DNA from: Octopus vulgaris | Taxonomy: Eukaryota | Direction of reading: 5' to 3' | Assembly: GCA_951406725.2 (NCBI GenBank) | Contig: OX597836.1 | Coordinates: forward strand, 47,988,001 to 48,052,000 | Length of the DNA: 64,000 nucleotides | Part shown: in pieces, positions 52,689 through 64,000 of the stretch | How the letters are laid out: every line of letters starts with the position of its first letter | How positions within the stretch are numbered: the first letter of the stretch is position 1 | Notes under the pieces: model-generated | Told to the model about the DNA's origin: nothing | Seen by the model: only the letters and a program-made list of their open reading frames with translations | The model's database searches: none | Made by a program: the position numbers and the translations under genes

Positions 52689-53501
52689 CTGCCAGTATTT
52701 AATACATTCTCTCACCTTCCATCACTCACTGTCAATCTTTAACCAGCATCTGGTGTCTCCCTCTCATGAAGATGCCTGTGTATTAAGAGATTGCGTCAGA
52801 TCTATTGCTATCTGATACCCCTCCAGCTTTCTCTCCCTCCTCCCTCACCCCCACACACAATATATATATATATATATTTACATAGTTGTTGTCAGTGTCC
52901 CCCCCCCGTCATGACATCTGGTTAATCAGAGATTGCATTGCATCTGATACTCCCACCAACCTTCTTCTCCTCTCCCTCTCTCAGGTACTCATCACTCTCT
53001 TTCCTTTACCATCTCCCCCCCACCTCTTATACCTGCCTACATCACCCATCTATCCTGCTGGGCTCCACTTCAGCTTCTTCAGGTCATTCACTATTAAGCA
53101 TCTATCACACTACCAACCCTTTTATTATTATCCCTCATACTCACTATCTTGCATCAACCCCCGTACTATTGCTGTCTTGTTAAACCTCTACTCATACCAC
53201 AATACCCCTCCCCCTTCTCTCTCTTATTATTCTTAACCCTGTTCCCCCCCACTTTTCACCACCGTCTTCCAACCGCCACCCAAACCACTCTGTCTCCTCC
53301 TCAATATTCTCACTTGTTTCTCCCTTTCATTCTTGTTCCTTCTTTATCATCTCCCTCCCTTTTGCCAACTCTTTTAGTCACATTGTCTCAAACAAAAGGA
53401 GTCAATATAAAACAGTGAAGGCTCCTTTAGTTTTGCTGAGTACTGGGCAACAGCACTGGTGCTGGTGCCACAAGAAAATGCACTCAGTTTACTCTGTAAA
53501 A

Positions 53502-53990
53502 TCATCATCATCATCGTTTAACGTCCACTTTCCATGCTAGCATGGGTTGGACGATTTGACTGAGGACTGGCGAACCAGATGGCTGCACCAGACTCCAATC
53601 TGATCTGGCAGAGTGTCTATAGCTGGATGCCCTTCCTAGCACCAACCACTCCAAGAGTGTAGTGGGTGCTTTTACGTGCCAACAGTACGAGGGCTAGTCA
53701 GGCGGTACTGGCAACAGCCACACTCAAGTGGTCTTTTTTACGTGCCACCTGCATAGGAGCCAATCCAGCAGCACTGGCAATGACCTCGATCGAATGTTTT
53801 TCAAGTGCCAGTAGACGACGCTGGTAATGATCACATTTGAATGGCGCTTTTTACGTTCCACCAACACGGAAGCCAGTCAGCTGCTCTGGCAGCGATCATG
53901 CTTGGATGGTGCTCTTAGTGCTCCACTGGCACAGGTGCCAGTCATCGAATTTGCGAATTTGATTTCATTTTGATTTTGATTTCACTTGCC
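53502..53990 (-). mobile_element. SINE-like family C, long copy with internal subrepeats
   Basis: (cat)n-cgtttaacgtccactttccatgctagcatggg...ggatgcccttcc. Confidence 0.83.
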
Positions 53991-55591
53991 TCAACAGATC
54001 TTTGCAAAAAGAGCTTAGTGTCCAGTTGTGTATAAGTAGACACAATACAGCATGAAGAGGACTCTTAGTTTTGTCTTGTTGAGGACATGACCACCTCTCT
54101 GATGCTGGTGTTACAATAAAATGCATCTAGTTCCCTCTGTAAAATGCTCTGTATTAGGAAGGGTTTTTTTTTATCTATAGAAACCATGCGTGACTTGACA
54201 CTCAAGGGAGACGTGGTCTCCCAACCTGTCTGACAAGACTACAACTCAAGAGCTGACTCTGGCTCTGTCCAACCCATGCCAGCAGTAAAAGTAGATTTTA
54301 AAACAATGCTGACGTTGATGATATGTATGTGCATATCTCTGTACATGCGTACACACCTTCAACTCAGTACATCGCAGAAACGGAGACTGTTCAACAAAAC
54401 TGGCCTCAGCTTCAATGGCAGCCCCAATTTAGCCAAGAAAGATCAGGTGCCCCCCACCCCACCCTACCACCTACCAAGACTCACAGCTTCTCCCTGCAAC
54501 TCCTTGCTGTCATGAGTACACCAACCAGGCCTCAGGCCCCTTTTCCTAAAATCTAAAGTCAGGAGGTCTCGTGTTGGCAGGGTCACATGATCATCAACAG
54601 TCTCAGTCAACCGCTCTTGGGTCATGAGTGCCATGGGGAAAGGAACACGGTGTCCTGCCGGAAACTGAATGAAGCCCATCATATATATTTTATAAATTGG
54701 TCTATAGTTAATCTAATATGTTTAGTTTATTCCTTCACTCACAGGAACATAATCCTTTATTAAGAAATTTGGCCATGGTGAAAATTTACAACCTTTTCAC
54801 TTACAAAGTGTTACCTTGGTAACACATTGTAAGATAAGTGTTTAGCATGACCTTAATAACCTGTAGAAAAGATATGTGTTCTAGAACCTGTCAAAATAAA
54901 CTAGTGAGATATGATATAAGTGTATTTAAACCTTTTTAAAACATAAAACCATATGATAATGTCACAGATCCCTCTTACTAGAAATGCATAAATATTATGA
55001 ATAAAATGGGGTCAACTAAACAGAAAGCAGCCGTTCATATTTTTATAAGAAAACTTGTTTATGCATTGGATTTATAAAGATGAAATATTCAATCCACCAT
55101 AGGCCTAAACTGTTCTCCCTTTTAGAGGCCAGCAGACCTCTATCTCTAAAGACTTCTAAAACTTCTCAAGTGAAGGCATTGCCAGTGGCAGTTTAATATC
55201 AATTATGTTCTTAACCACACTTTCAGGTACAATGCTGCAGTTAATGGGGGGGGGGGGGGGAATGGAATTTTTTCATATAATTTATGAGTTTGAAAAAAAG
55301 AACATAAACTAAAAGACAAAGCAGTTTATATTTTGAAAACTGAAGTCAATTTAACTTAAGTATTTAATCTCTGTGCATGATGATTCCTTAAACTTCAAAA
55401 CGAAATAGATACATGAGGTGTGTGTATGTATATATAGTTAATCCAAACATGAAAACACAACAACGCGAGGATGTGGAACAAGTATAGTATTATTGGCCAC
55501 TCAGGAAAGAAGGAGCTCTTCGTCAGAAACATAGGAAAAGGGAAGACAGAGGAAAAAAAAATCGCCAACGGTACACACACGGTCACATATA

Positions 55592-55970
55592 TATTGTACA
55601 ATACAAATAAGGTGATATTTTTTCAAGTGCTGAATTGCTGTTAGAACAGCAGGAATACTGGACAAATTACCCCCACAGGGTGGAAAGATTTGTCAGCAAA
55701 CAGCCATGGGACTCAATTCCTCATCCTTCAAGACTCCAGCTGAGTGCTATACCATTAAGCTAAACTGCCCGCTGACAAATTCATCCACAATTTTAGATGC
55801 TAAATAGCTACAAAGCATTTTGCCAGAGTCTTGAAGGATGTGGGTTTGAGTCCCATGGCTGTTTGTTGACAAATTTTCACACTTTGTAAGGGTAATTTAC
55901 CGAGTATTTCTGCAGTTCTAACAGCAATTCTGCATCCAAAAAAATATCTTCTTGTTTGTATTATACAATA
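55592..55970. mobile_element. ~380-bp fold-back element built of two outward-facing tRNA-like units
   Basis: Arms of ~170 bp: tattgtacaatacaaa..gaattgctgttagaac..cagccatgggactcaa..catccttcaagactc versus gagtcttgaaggatg..ttgagtcccatggctg..gttctaacagcaattc..tttgtattatacaata. Confidence 0.75.
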
Positions 55971-56037
55971 CACATTTTGATGCTTATTAAAAACAAATTT
56001 CAGTTTGTTTATATTTACACACACACACACACATATA

Positions 56038-56889
56038 CTGGGTGTAGTGAATAAACTATTGTCTAAATTACGCAAAAATGAAAATAATACTGACATCTTA
56101 TTTTAACAGATGTATTTACCAAAATTACATAAAAATATCTTGAAATACTAAAGAGTAAATTTATTCAATAAAATCTCCATTGGCTTCAACCATGATCTCC
56201 TGCAACTCTTCTGGATGATCTCCTTGCTTAAGTTGGTGAATGCTGCCATAATCCTTGCCTTCAGTTTATCTTTGGTGTTACATGGAGTTTTGTTGGTCTC
56301 GCGCAACTGCCTCCCACATGTAATAATTAAGGGGGTTGAAGTCTGTGGAATCAGGTGGCCAGATGTTAGGGGTGATGTGGTCACAAAAATTGCTTGACAG
56401 CCATGACTGGATTCTTCTGCTTGTGTGGCATGGTGCAGAGTCCTGTTGCCAGACATAGGGTGTTCCAGCAGCCACCCTCTTGACCCAGGGCAGCACTACC
56501 TCCTCCAGGCACTTGATGTAGGCCTCCATGTTGAGTCTGAGGCCATGTGGGGAGATGAATGGAAGCATAGCAAAGCCATCACTTAGTGATCACTCCAAAT
56601 ACCGTCATGTTGGCTGGATGTTTGACTTTCATCACTCTCGGTACTGGTCCTCAGACTGACACCCAGACACTTTGAAATGTTCATATTGGAGCTTCCAGTG
56701 CAAATGCCAAGCAGTACAACATGTCATTTCCAAATTTCTGGCTGAGTGAATTGTGTCATGGTTCTCTTATTTTCTTGCTGCTGCTGCCTAAATAACCCTA
56801 CTAATACTGAGTAGTTGACAGTATCAAAAACAATGTGCATGCGTGAAATTAAAAATATAAAATGGTGACAATTTACCCATCGCACCCTG
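56038..56889 (-). mobile_element. DD37D (maT) Tc1/mariner-superfamily transposon, internally deleted
   Basis: Transposase remnant YVWQQDSAPCHTS...IWPPDSTDFNPL(N)YYMW has 37 residues between the second and third catalytic positions. Imperfect c(a/t)gggtg TIRs with TA flanks. Confidence 0.85.
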
Positions 56890-58725
56890 TATATGTATGT
56901 ATGTGTATGTGTATATATATATATATTTACTGTCTGACAAGGGAATAAATGAGTTAGGATGGTTGAAAATTGAAGTTGAAGGTCTCCATTTGTTACAAGA
57001 TAAGAAATAGAAATTCATCTGACCACACAAGGAAACTAATGTACATAGCCTGCAAGTCTAGTTGCAACATGAATGCATGTGTGTCAGACAAGATTATATT
57101 ACAAAGGAAAGAAATAAGAACCAAGGAATATATCTTTCACTAATTCAGCAATTTAATATTACGAACAGAAATGGGGGCCAGGACTAAGTTTATTCAAACT
57201 TTTGACTGATAATTGGAAAACTTTGTAGGAAAATCAGTTCATGAGAGAATATAAAAAGTAATGAAAATATTACAAACTTTTTTTTGTAAGTTGAATGCCA
57301 GAGGTGAAAATCAATATTGAAAATGATAGTGTCCAATGAAAAAAATGTCTAGAAGATGCAATCAAAGTTGCTTTCTGAGAAAGAATTTCATGTCATTTCA
57401 ATATATTGAGATAAAAATTATAATTGTATGCAAGGCAAGAAAATAGTAAGTGTTTGAGCCAGACTGTAATATATGTTACAAGTTGGTTTTTGAACAGAAG
57501 GGTATTTTGGCACAAAGCCTAAACAATGAAAAAAGCTTAGTATCACTGTTCATCTTTTTGGCCTCATGTCAACAACTGGATTTGCTGTAATGTAAAAGTG
57601 CTAATTTATCAATTTGAGATTGGCTCCAGTTATGTAGTAAAATCTTATTCAGCAGAAAAATACCCCAGCATCATCACGTGACTGCATCTCTAGCTAACAT
57701 CACAGCCCTGTCACTGCTTTCCACCACTTCTGGCAGTTGTCATCAAGAAACTGGCTCAAGGACAGACAAGTCATGTGACTGTCATAAGAAGTAAACATCA
57801 GCCGGCTCCAATCTCAAGACCTCAATTTTTAGACAAGCAATATTTTTCTTTATTTGAAGTCTCTACAAATTTTGTCTGTTTTTATTTGTCAGTGGAGTTG
57901 GTTATCTAAAGATGGGACTCGTGAATTGTGAAGAGATTACCAGATACCAAGTTGTAAGACTATGTTGATGGGTAAAGATATTTTTACAGAGTTTTCCTGA
58001 ATGTTATTCCAGATAACAAAAAACAGAAAGCAGAATGTTATCTGCAGTTTTCTGCAAATGATAAATTGGAAATGGGAATAGCAAACAATTTCATAGTGGG
58101 ACAAACTATTAAAACAATTCAAGATATTGATCCCATAATCCTCAAATAGTTGACCATTCCTTGTTATCGTCCTCAACTTTGTGCTCCCAAACAGATCCCT
58201 ATGAATTCTAAATCTTCCCACCATTCTCTAGAAGTACCAACACCAACAAATAACTGTGTTTCATCTCAAAGAAATGGCAACCTCTTTGACTTCACCAGCA
58301 TCACATCTGCCAGAAGAACTTTTTAATAAAGTTGTCCACTTTATCTCTCACTTCTTACAACTCAGCCGCTCCATCACAGGATGTGTCAGCCTCCCCTCCA
58401 CAGTGGCTATCAAATCTCATGGTTAAGTCTTCAAATTCATTGTTTTCCTTCTTTAAAAGATTCTGTCTGTTATCATCCGCTGTTGAAATTACAATTTGTT
58501 CCAAGTTCTTAAAAGATTGCATGTTTGTTCCAGTTCTATTCCCCAACTTTGATGATGAACCATTTTTTGTCCGGGCTTTACCACATGTCCTTTTCACATG
58601 TATCATAAGATCTGTTTTTCATAGAGTCTTTGTATATTCAGTAAGATTAACTCAATTTTAATGCAACATGGATATCCCAGGTTTGCAACGATCATTCTAG
58701 TTTTATCTTGGGCTTTTTCAAAAAC

Positions 58726-59107
58726 CTGTGTGATAAGTAGCATGCTTACCAACCACATGGTTCCAGGTTCAGTCCCACTGCGTGGCACCTTGGGCAAGTG
58801 TCTTCTACTATGCCTCAGGCCAAAGCCTTGTGAGCGGATTTGGTAGACGGAAACTCAAAGAAGCCCGTCGTATATATGTATATATATATATGTATGTGTG
58901 TGTATATGTTTGTGTGTCTGTGTTTGTCCCTCCAACTCATGCTGGTGTGTTTACAACCCCCATAAATTAGCGGTTCAGCAAAAGAGACTGATAGAATAAG
59001 TACTAGGCTTACAAAGAATAACTGCTGGGGTTGACTTGCTCAACTAAAGGCGGTGCTCCAGCATGGCCACAGTCAAATGACTGAAACAAGTAAAAGAGTA
59101 AAAAAGA
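58726..59107 (+). mobile_element. SINE family B, slightly 5'-truncated
   Basis: ctgtgtgataagtagc...ggttcagtccc...gaaacaagtaaaagagtaaaaaaga. Confidence 0.85.
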
Positions 59108-60075
59108 GTGTAGATGCTGAAAACATTCCTTTATACAATATACCATTCTGTACTCTTTATTCTATTGCAAATTCACTGGGAAAATCCTTCTTTAGTCAAA
59201 TGGTAGTTGCCTATTATAAGTTAGAAATATTCTTTGCTAATTTGGAATTTCATGAGGTATTTAATCAGTGTCTTGTGGTATTTACAATCTAAATATATCT
59301 TGTCAAAAACTATTCTCAAATTTACTGTCCCTTTGTGAATCCTAATGATATTTCACCAATTTTAGCATCTGGCATTTTCTCATCTCTTTGTAATGTGACC
59401 TTTAAAATAACTTTGATACCATGGTGTGATAGTCAAAGAATTTCATAGTGTTTTATTTCTTTGGTGATTTAAAGAATATGGTATGTTTTAGATTTTTGTG
59501 TCTGTCCTGTGTCTGTCTATTTATAAATGTCCTAACGAATGGCAGATAAGATTTTCATTACTCATTTGGCTAATATTTTAAGATGTTCCATGATGATTCA
59601 ACAATTCCTTGGTACTTTTTGTTCATTGAAGACTCTAATTGCTGCTCATTAATTCATTAATTAATTTAGGGGAATGAGAAATAGTTCCTGAGAATCAATT
59701 GCTTTATTCAGCTAAAATATTCATTTTATGAACCACCAACATGTGTCTGTATTTATTACAAATTATTTCCTGCCTTCAACTAAAGTGTACCCTAATGGTC
59801 CCAAACTGGAAGTAACAATGTACAGCATTCACTAACAATTTAAAGATTTAGTTCTTTTGATACTTCCCAGATCTTTGTTGACTGATCAGGAATTTTGATT
59901 GGTTGAGCCATTATTTCTTCATCAACGACCATATCAACCACTGGTCTGCTCCCACTGACATGCTTAGTGATTGCAGCACTCATCAATGAAACATCCATCA
60001 ATAGACCCACGTCTTGCTTGGACCGGATTCTTTAACAAGTCAACATTGCAACAATCACCAAAAGATTCTGTAGAA

Positions 60076-60287
60076 AGGTGGCAAAGCTGGCAGAATCATT
60101 TGCAGAACGAAATACTTGGCAGTATTTTGCCCGTTGCTACATTCTGAGTTCAAATTCCACCGAGGTCGACTTTGCTTTTCATCCTTTCAGAGTTGATGAA
60201 ATAAATACCAGTTATGCACTGGGGTCGATGAAATCAACTATCCCCCTCTCCCAAATTTCAGGCCTTGTGCCTTTAGTAGAAAAGAAT
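60076..60287 (+). mobile_element. SINE family A (short-tail variant) with 13-bp TSD
   Basis: TSD agattctgtagaa at 60063-60075 and 60288-60300. Confidence 0.88.
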
Positions 60288-60935
60288 AGATTCTGTAGAA
60301 TCAGAATTTCCTATGGAGTTTGGTTTTGCTATGTCAGTTCAACCATTTAGATATTTTTAGTGACCACAGTGATGGACAGAGTCAGTTTGTTAACTACTAT
60401 TGTCCTTTCGCTCATATTTATTGTTTGAGTTAAGTTATCAAAGTAAAACTTCCCCAACCTCTGACAGCCATCCAGAAAAAGATTGTTTCAGTGACAAGTG
60501 ACATCGAATGTGAAATATCATCTTACACGAGGCTTCTAGTTTGTTATGGTGCAAGGCAGCGAGTTATTGTAGGAGCTGTCATATCAGGAAATACAAATGT
60601 GGAGGCAAACCTTGAGGATTCATCTATAAACACAAACAGAGATGAGAGTCAGATGATGGTTGAAGACTTTTGAAACCAACTCTGAAATACTTGAATTGTT
60701 GAGAGGATATCGTAATTTTGGCGTGAGGAGAATGGTAGAAGTATGGCGTGAGGAGAATGGTAGAAGTATGGTGTCTATTCCAAGAATGAAATGCGTCTGT
60801 TACAGATCTTTTTCTAACAGCTTTCATTGAAAAAGGTTAGTTCTTAGAACTGACATTGTGCCACAATCAAGTCTCTCCTGGACAACACAAAAGCTGATGT
60901 AAATCTGCGATTCCAGATGTTGTAGAGGAGTATCA

Positions 60936-61797
60936 GATGAGAGTATCTGTAGCTGTGTTATAGGAGAGCATCTGATGAGAGTATCAGGAGCTGTGTTATA
61001 GGAGAGCATCTGATGAGAGTATCAGGAGCTGTGTTATAGGAGAGCATCTGATGAGAGTATCAGGAGCTGTGTTATAGGAGAGCATCTGATGAGAGTATCA
61101 GTAGCTGTGTTATAGGAGAGCATCTGATGAGAGTATCAGGAGCTGTGTTATAGGAGAGCATCTGATGAGAGTATCAGAGCTGTGTTATAGGAGAGCATCT
61201 GATGAGAGTATCAGGAGCTGTGTTATAGGAGAGCATCTGATGAGAGTATCAGTAGCTGTGTTATAGGAGAGCATCTGATGAGAGTATCAGGAGCTGTGTT
61301 ATAGGAGAGCATCTGATGAGAGTATCAGGAGCTGTGTTATAGGAGAGCATCTGATGAGAGTATCAGTAGCTGTGTTATAGGAGAGCATCTGATGAGAGTA
61401 TCAGGAGCTGTGTTATAGGAGAGCATCTGATGAGAGTATCAGGAGCTGTGTTATAGGAGAGCATCTGATGAGAGTATCAGTAGCTGTGTTATAGGAGAGC
61501 ATCTGATGAGAGATCAGGAGCTGTGTTATAGGAGAGCATCTGATGAGAGTATCAGGAGCTGTGTTATAGGAGAGCATCTGATGAGAGTATCAGTAGCTGT
61601 GTTATAGGAGAGCATCTGATGAGAGTATCAGGAGCTGTGTTATAGGAGAGCATCTGATGAGAGTATCAGTAGCTGTGTTATAGGAGAGCATCTGATGAGA
61701 GTATCAGTAGCTGTGTTATAGGAGAGCATCTGATGAGAGTATCAGTAGCTGTGTTATAGGAGAGCATCTGATGAGAGTATCAGGAGCTGTGTTATAG
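60936..61797. repeat. 38-bp minisatellite, 22 full units plus partial ends (gctgtgttataggagagcatctgatgagagtatcag[g/t]a)
   Basis: Units start at 60952, 60990, 61028 ... 61748, with a partial unit at 61786. Variation is one G/T variable site and two single-base deletions. Confidence 0.96.
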
Positions 61798-62963
61798 AGA
61801 GGAGTGTCTGGTGAGAGTAACAGTTGCTATGTTCTAAAGAACTATCTGGTGAGGGTAGCTGTGTGTGGATGTAATAATTATCGACCAAATAATTCTGACT
61901 CAACAATCTTATCTCTCTTCCTTTTTCTTCTTCTTTGGTCATTAAATATAATTAAGATCCTGCGTAATTTAAATTTATCTAAAAATGCCATAAGCTTCTC
62001 TTATTTCCTAACACGTTCTAGGATAGCCAAAACATCTTTCTCAGCTGATAATAGATTGTAATGTGGATAAGAAGGAGTTGTGCAGAAGAAAGTGGCAGGT
62101 TTATTACATTGTGAAAGGACATCGAATATCATGAGTCTAAATGCAACAGCTTCAACATGCAGAAGAACATCAAGAAAAGTAGGAGAGAGTGAGTTTGTGA
62201 TGCATTAATTATTGAAGTTTTTAAGTCCACAAATGAACAGAATCAGATTGTTGTTTTTGCTTTTGTTCCTGCAATGGCAAAATGGCTGCTAGAAGGAACT
62301 GAATTAGTTTTTCAAAAGGGGCCACACATTTAGAGTAATTACTGGACAAACCTAACAATTGTTGTTATTTAGTACCGGTAAGCATCAAATAAAGGATTTC
62401 ATTTTTGGGGGGACCAAGTTGCAGAAAATTATTCTCTCTTTTTCTTTTTTTTTTTTGTATCCTTGGCAACAATTGGATGTTTTGGTATAAAAGACATTTG
62501 TCATTGTTCAATGTTGAAATAAATTTAGCCGTGTTCTCTTCATCTTCCTCGATAATTTTGCCAACTATAATAACATCGTTAATATTGTTGGTAGTAATTA
62601 TACCATCCATTATTTTTTGAAAAAAACATTTACAGCATTAGTCATAGCAAAGAGTCACTAATGAAATAAACATCCATTAACTTGAAATGTGCATACCTAT
62701 CATCATCATCATCGTCATCACCACCATCATCATCACCATCCTTATTGCGATGGTATACTGTTTTCAGATCCAATTTACTGTAGAATTTATTCCAGGAAAT
62801 AGGATATAGGAATCTGTAGTATTAGGAAGTGGATAGGCACCAAGAATGCTGCAGTGATTTATCATTTGTGAAGAGTCAATAAGAAGGAATTGTCATCTGC
62901 TGCTGTTTCTTACTACTAACCCTTCTACTCAGTGGGTCTAGAGAGAAACTGAGTGCTCAGTAG

Positions 62964-63016
<53 letters not shown>

Positions 63017-63137
63017 ACAAGCTGTTTATTCCCTTCGAAGGAAGAAGGCAGTGGGATTTAGTAACAAATGGTTTCAAATCTTTACATAGGCATGAAGGAT
63101 TATGAAGAGGGGCTTAACACCATGGGGACATGTAAAG

Positions 63138-63303
63138 CAGTCATGAGCAAACTGTGGCCTTGGAGCAGCATGTGGGCTGTAGGACTTTCTGAATGGCACA
63201 TCAACAAAAATTATTTTGATTTTCTATTTAAGCAGTGCCGCCATGTCTGAGGATGAGCTATGTCTCGTGTGGCCCGTTTCTCAAAAAAGGTGGCCCACAT
63301 CTG
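63138..63303. mobile_element. hAT/Charlie-like MITE
   Basis: cagtcatgagcaaact ... aaggtggcccacatctg ends; imperfect 8-bp flanks atgtaaag / ttgtagag. Confidence 0.55.
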
Positions 63304-63663
63304 TTGTAGAGAAACAGATTTTTTGATAATCAAAATTTAAATATAACAAAGCCATACGAAAGTTATATCTCAAAATTAGAAAGAAACACAAGTTAAGCAA
63401 AACATTTAAACACACATTTGTATTAAAACAAAAACAAAACAAAAGAAACCCATAAGAAGTTGTCTGAAAGAGAGAAAGACAAGGAATCGATCTGTCAGAC
63501 TCAAGTGCCAGGTTGTTTCAAAGACATATTTGGAGGGAGAGATTTTTGTAAGCACCCTCATCTACAAAACTTGTTGCAGTATCTCTAAAGAGTATCAATA
63601 TATTAATTAATCTAATATATACTGATTATAAATTAATCAAGGGTTTCCTTCTAACCACAACTG

Positions 63664-64000
63664 TAGGCGTAGGAGTGGCTCTGTGGTAAGTAGCTTGCTT
63701 ACGAACCACGAACCACATGGTTCCGGGTTCAGTCCCACTGCATGGCACCTTGGGCAAGTGTCTTCTACTATAGCCTCGGGCTGACCAAAGCCTTGTGAGT
63801 GGATTTGGTAGACGGAAACTGAAAGAAGCCCGTCGTATATATGTATGTATATATGTGTATGTTTGTGTGTTGTGTTTGTGTCCCCCCCCCCCCCAACATC
63901 GCTTGACAACTGATGCTGGTGTGTTTACGTTCCCGAAACTTAGCGGTTCGGCAAAAGAGATCGATAGAATAAGTACTAGGCTTACAAAGAATAAGTCCTG
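63664..64000 (+). mobile_element. SINE family B, runs off the window end
   Basis: ggcgtaggagtggctctgtggtaagtagc...gggttcagtccc...gaataagtactaggcttacaaagaataagtcctg. Confidence 0.88.

Larger units (their letters stand above)
56930..62610 (-). pseudogene. Probable decayed coding sequence of unknown family, interrupted by two SINEs and a minisatellite
   Basis: A chain of protein-like, non-low-complexity minus-strand reading segments (62365-62610, ~61880-62190, 60624-61009, 58355-58606, 57937-58224) broken by stops and frameshifts. The frame is restored across the SINE at 60076-60287 when the SINE and one TSD copy are removed. Confidence 0.4.

Noticed and set aside
55490-55535. Hammerhead half-core CUGACGA-AGAGCUCC on the minus strand in a TA-flanked fragment
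   Set aside because: The GAAA/stem III half is missing; at most a truncated Penelope-like remnant.
57290-57340. Minus-strand IIFNIDFHLWH resembling motif A of negative-strand RNA virus polymerases
   Set aside because: No convincing motif B or GDN/SDD at the expected spacing; a single short match in degraded sequence is insufficient.
60936-61797. CRISPR-like array, tandem hammerhead or C/D snoRNA array (each unit contains CTGATGA)
   Set aside because: The units are directly adjacent with no unique spacers and there are no cas genes in this eukaryotic context. No GAAA half of a hammerhead core is present, and the C- and D-like boxes overlap within the same heptamer.

Overview
AT-rich, repeat-dense eukaryotic (animal) genomic DNA. 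The SINE families and the microsatellite load look like a coleoid cephalopod, most likely Octopus; this is recognised from memory, not verified by search. Nearly all ORFs in the supplied track are microsatellite or repeat artefacts. The one well-supported gene is on the + strand. It has two phase-1-compatible exons (4378-4554 and 46397-46731) joined across a ~41.8 kb GT-AG intron. They encode TM2-TM4 and the cytoplasmic tail (PPPY motif, C-terminal -IYI) of a claudin/PMP22-superfamily-like tetraspan protein, whose 5' exons lie upstream of the window. The intron and downstream region contain at least five SINE families (several nested, with readable target-site duplications), a decayed mariner, a decayed DD37D/maT element, TTAA- and hAT-type MITEs, RTE LINE remnants, very long (TA)n tracts and a 38-bp minisatellite inside a probable decayed coding region on the minus strand. 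The most notable observations are: a ~165-bp palindrome carrying two back-to-back degenerate minimal hammerhead ribozyme motifs; a near-perfect 177-bp inverted templated insertion 3.5 kb from its donor; a strand-asymmetric pre-miRNA-like intronic hairpin; and several SINE fold-backs. No CRISPR, rRNA or bona fide tRNA gene was seen.
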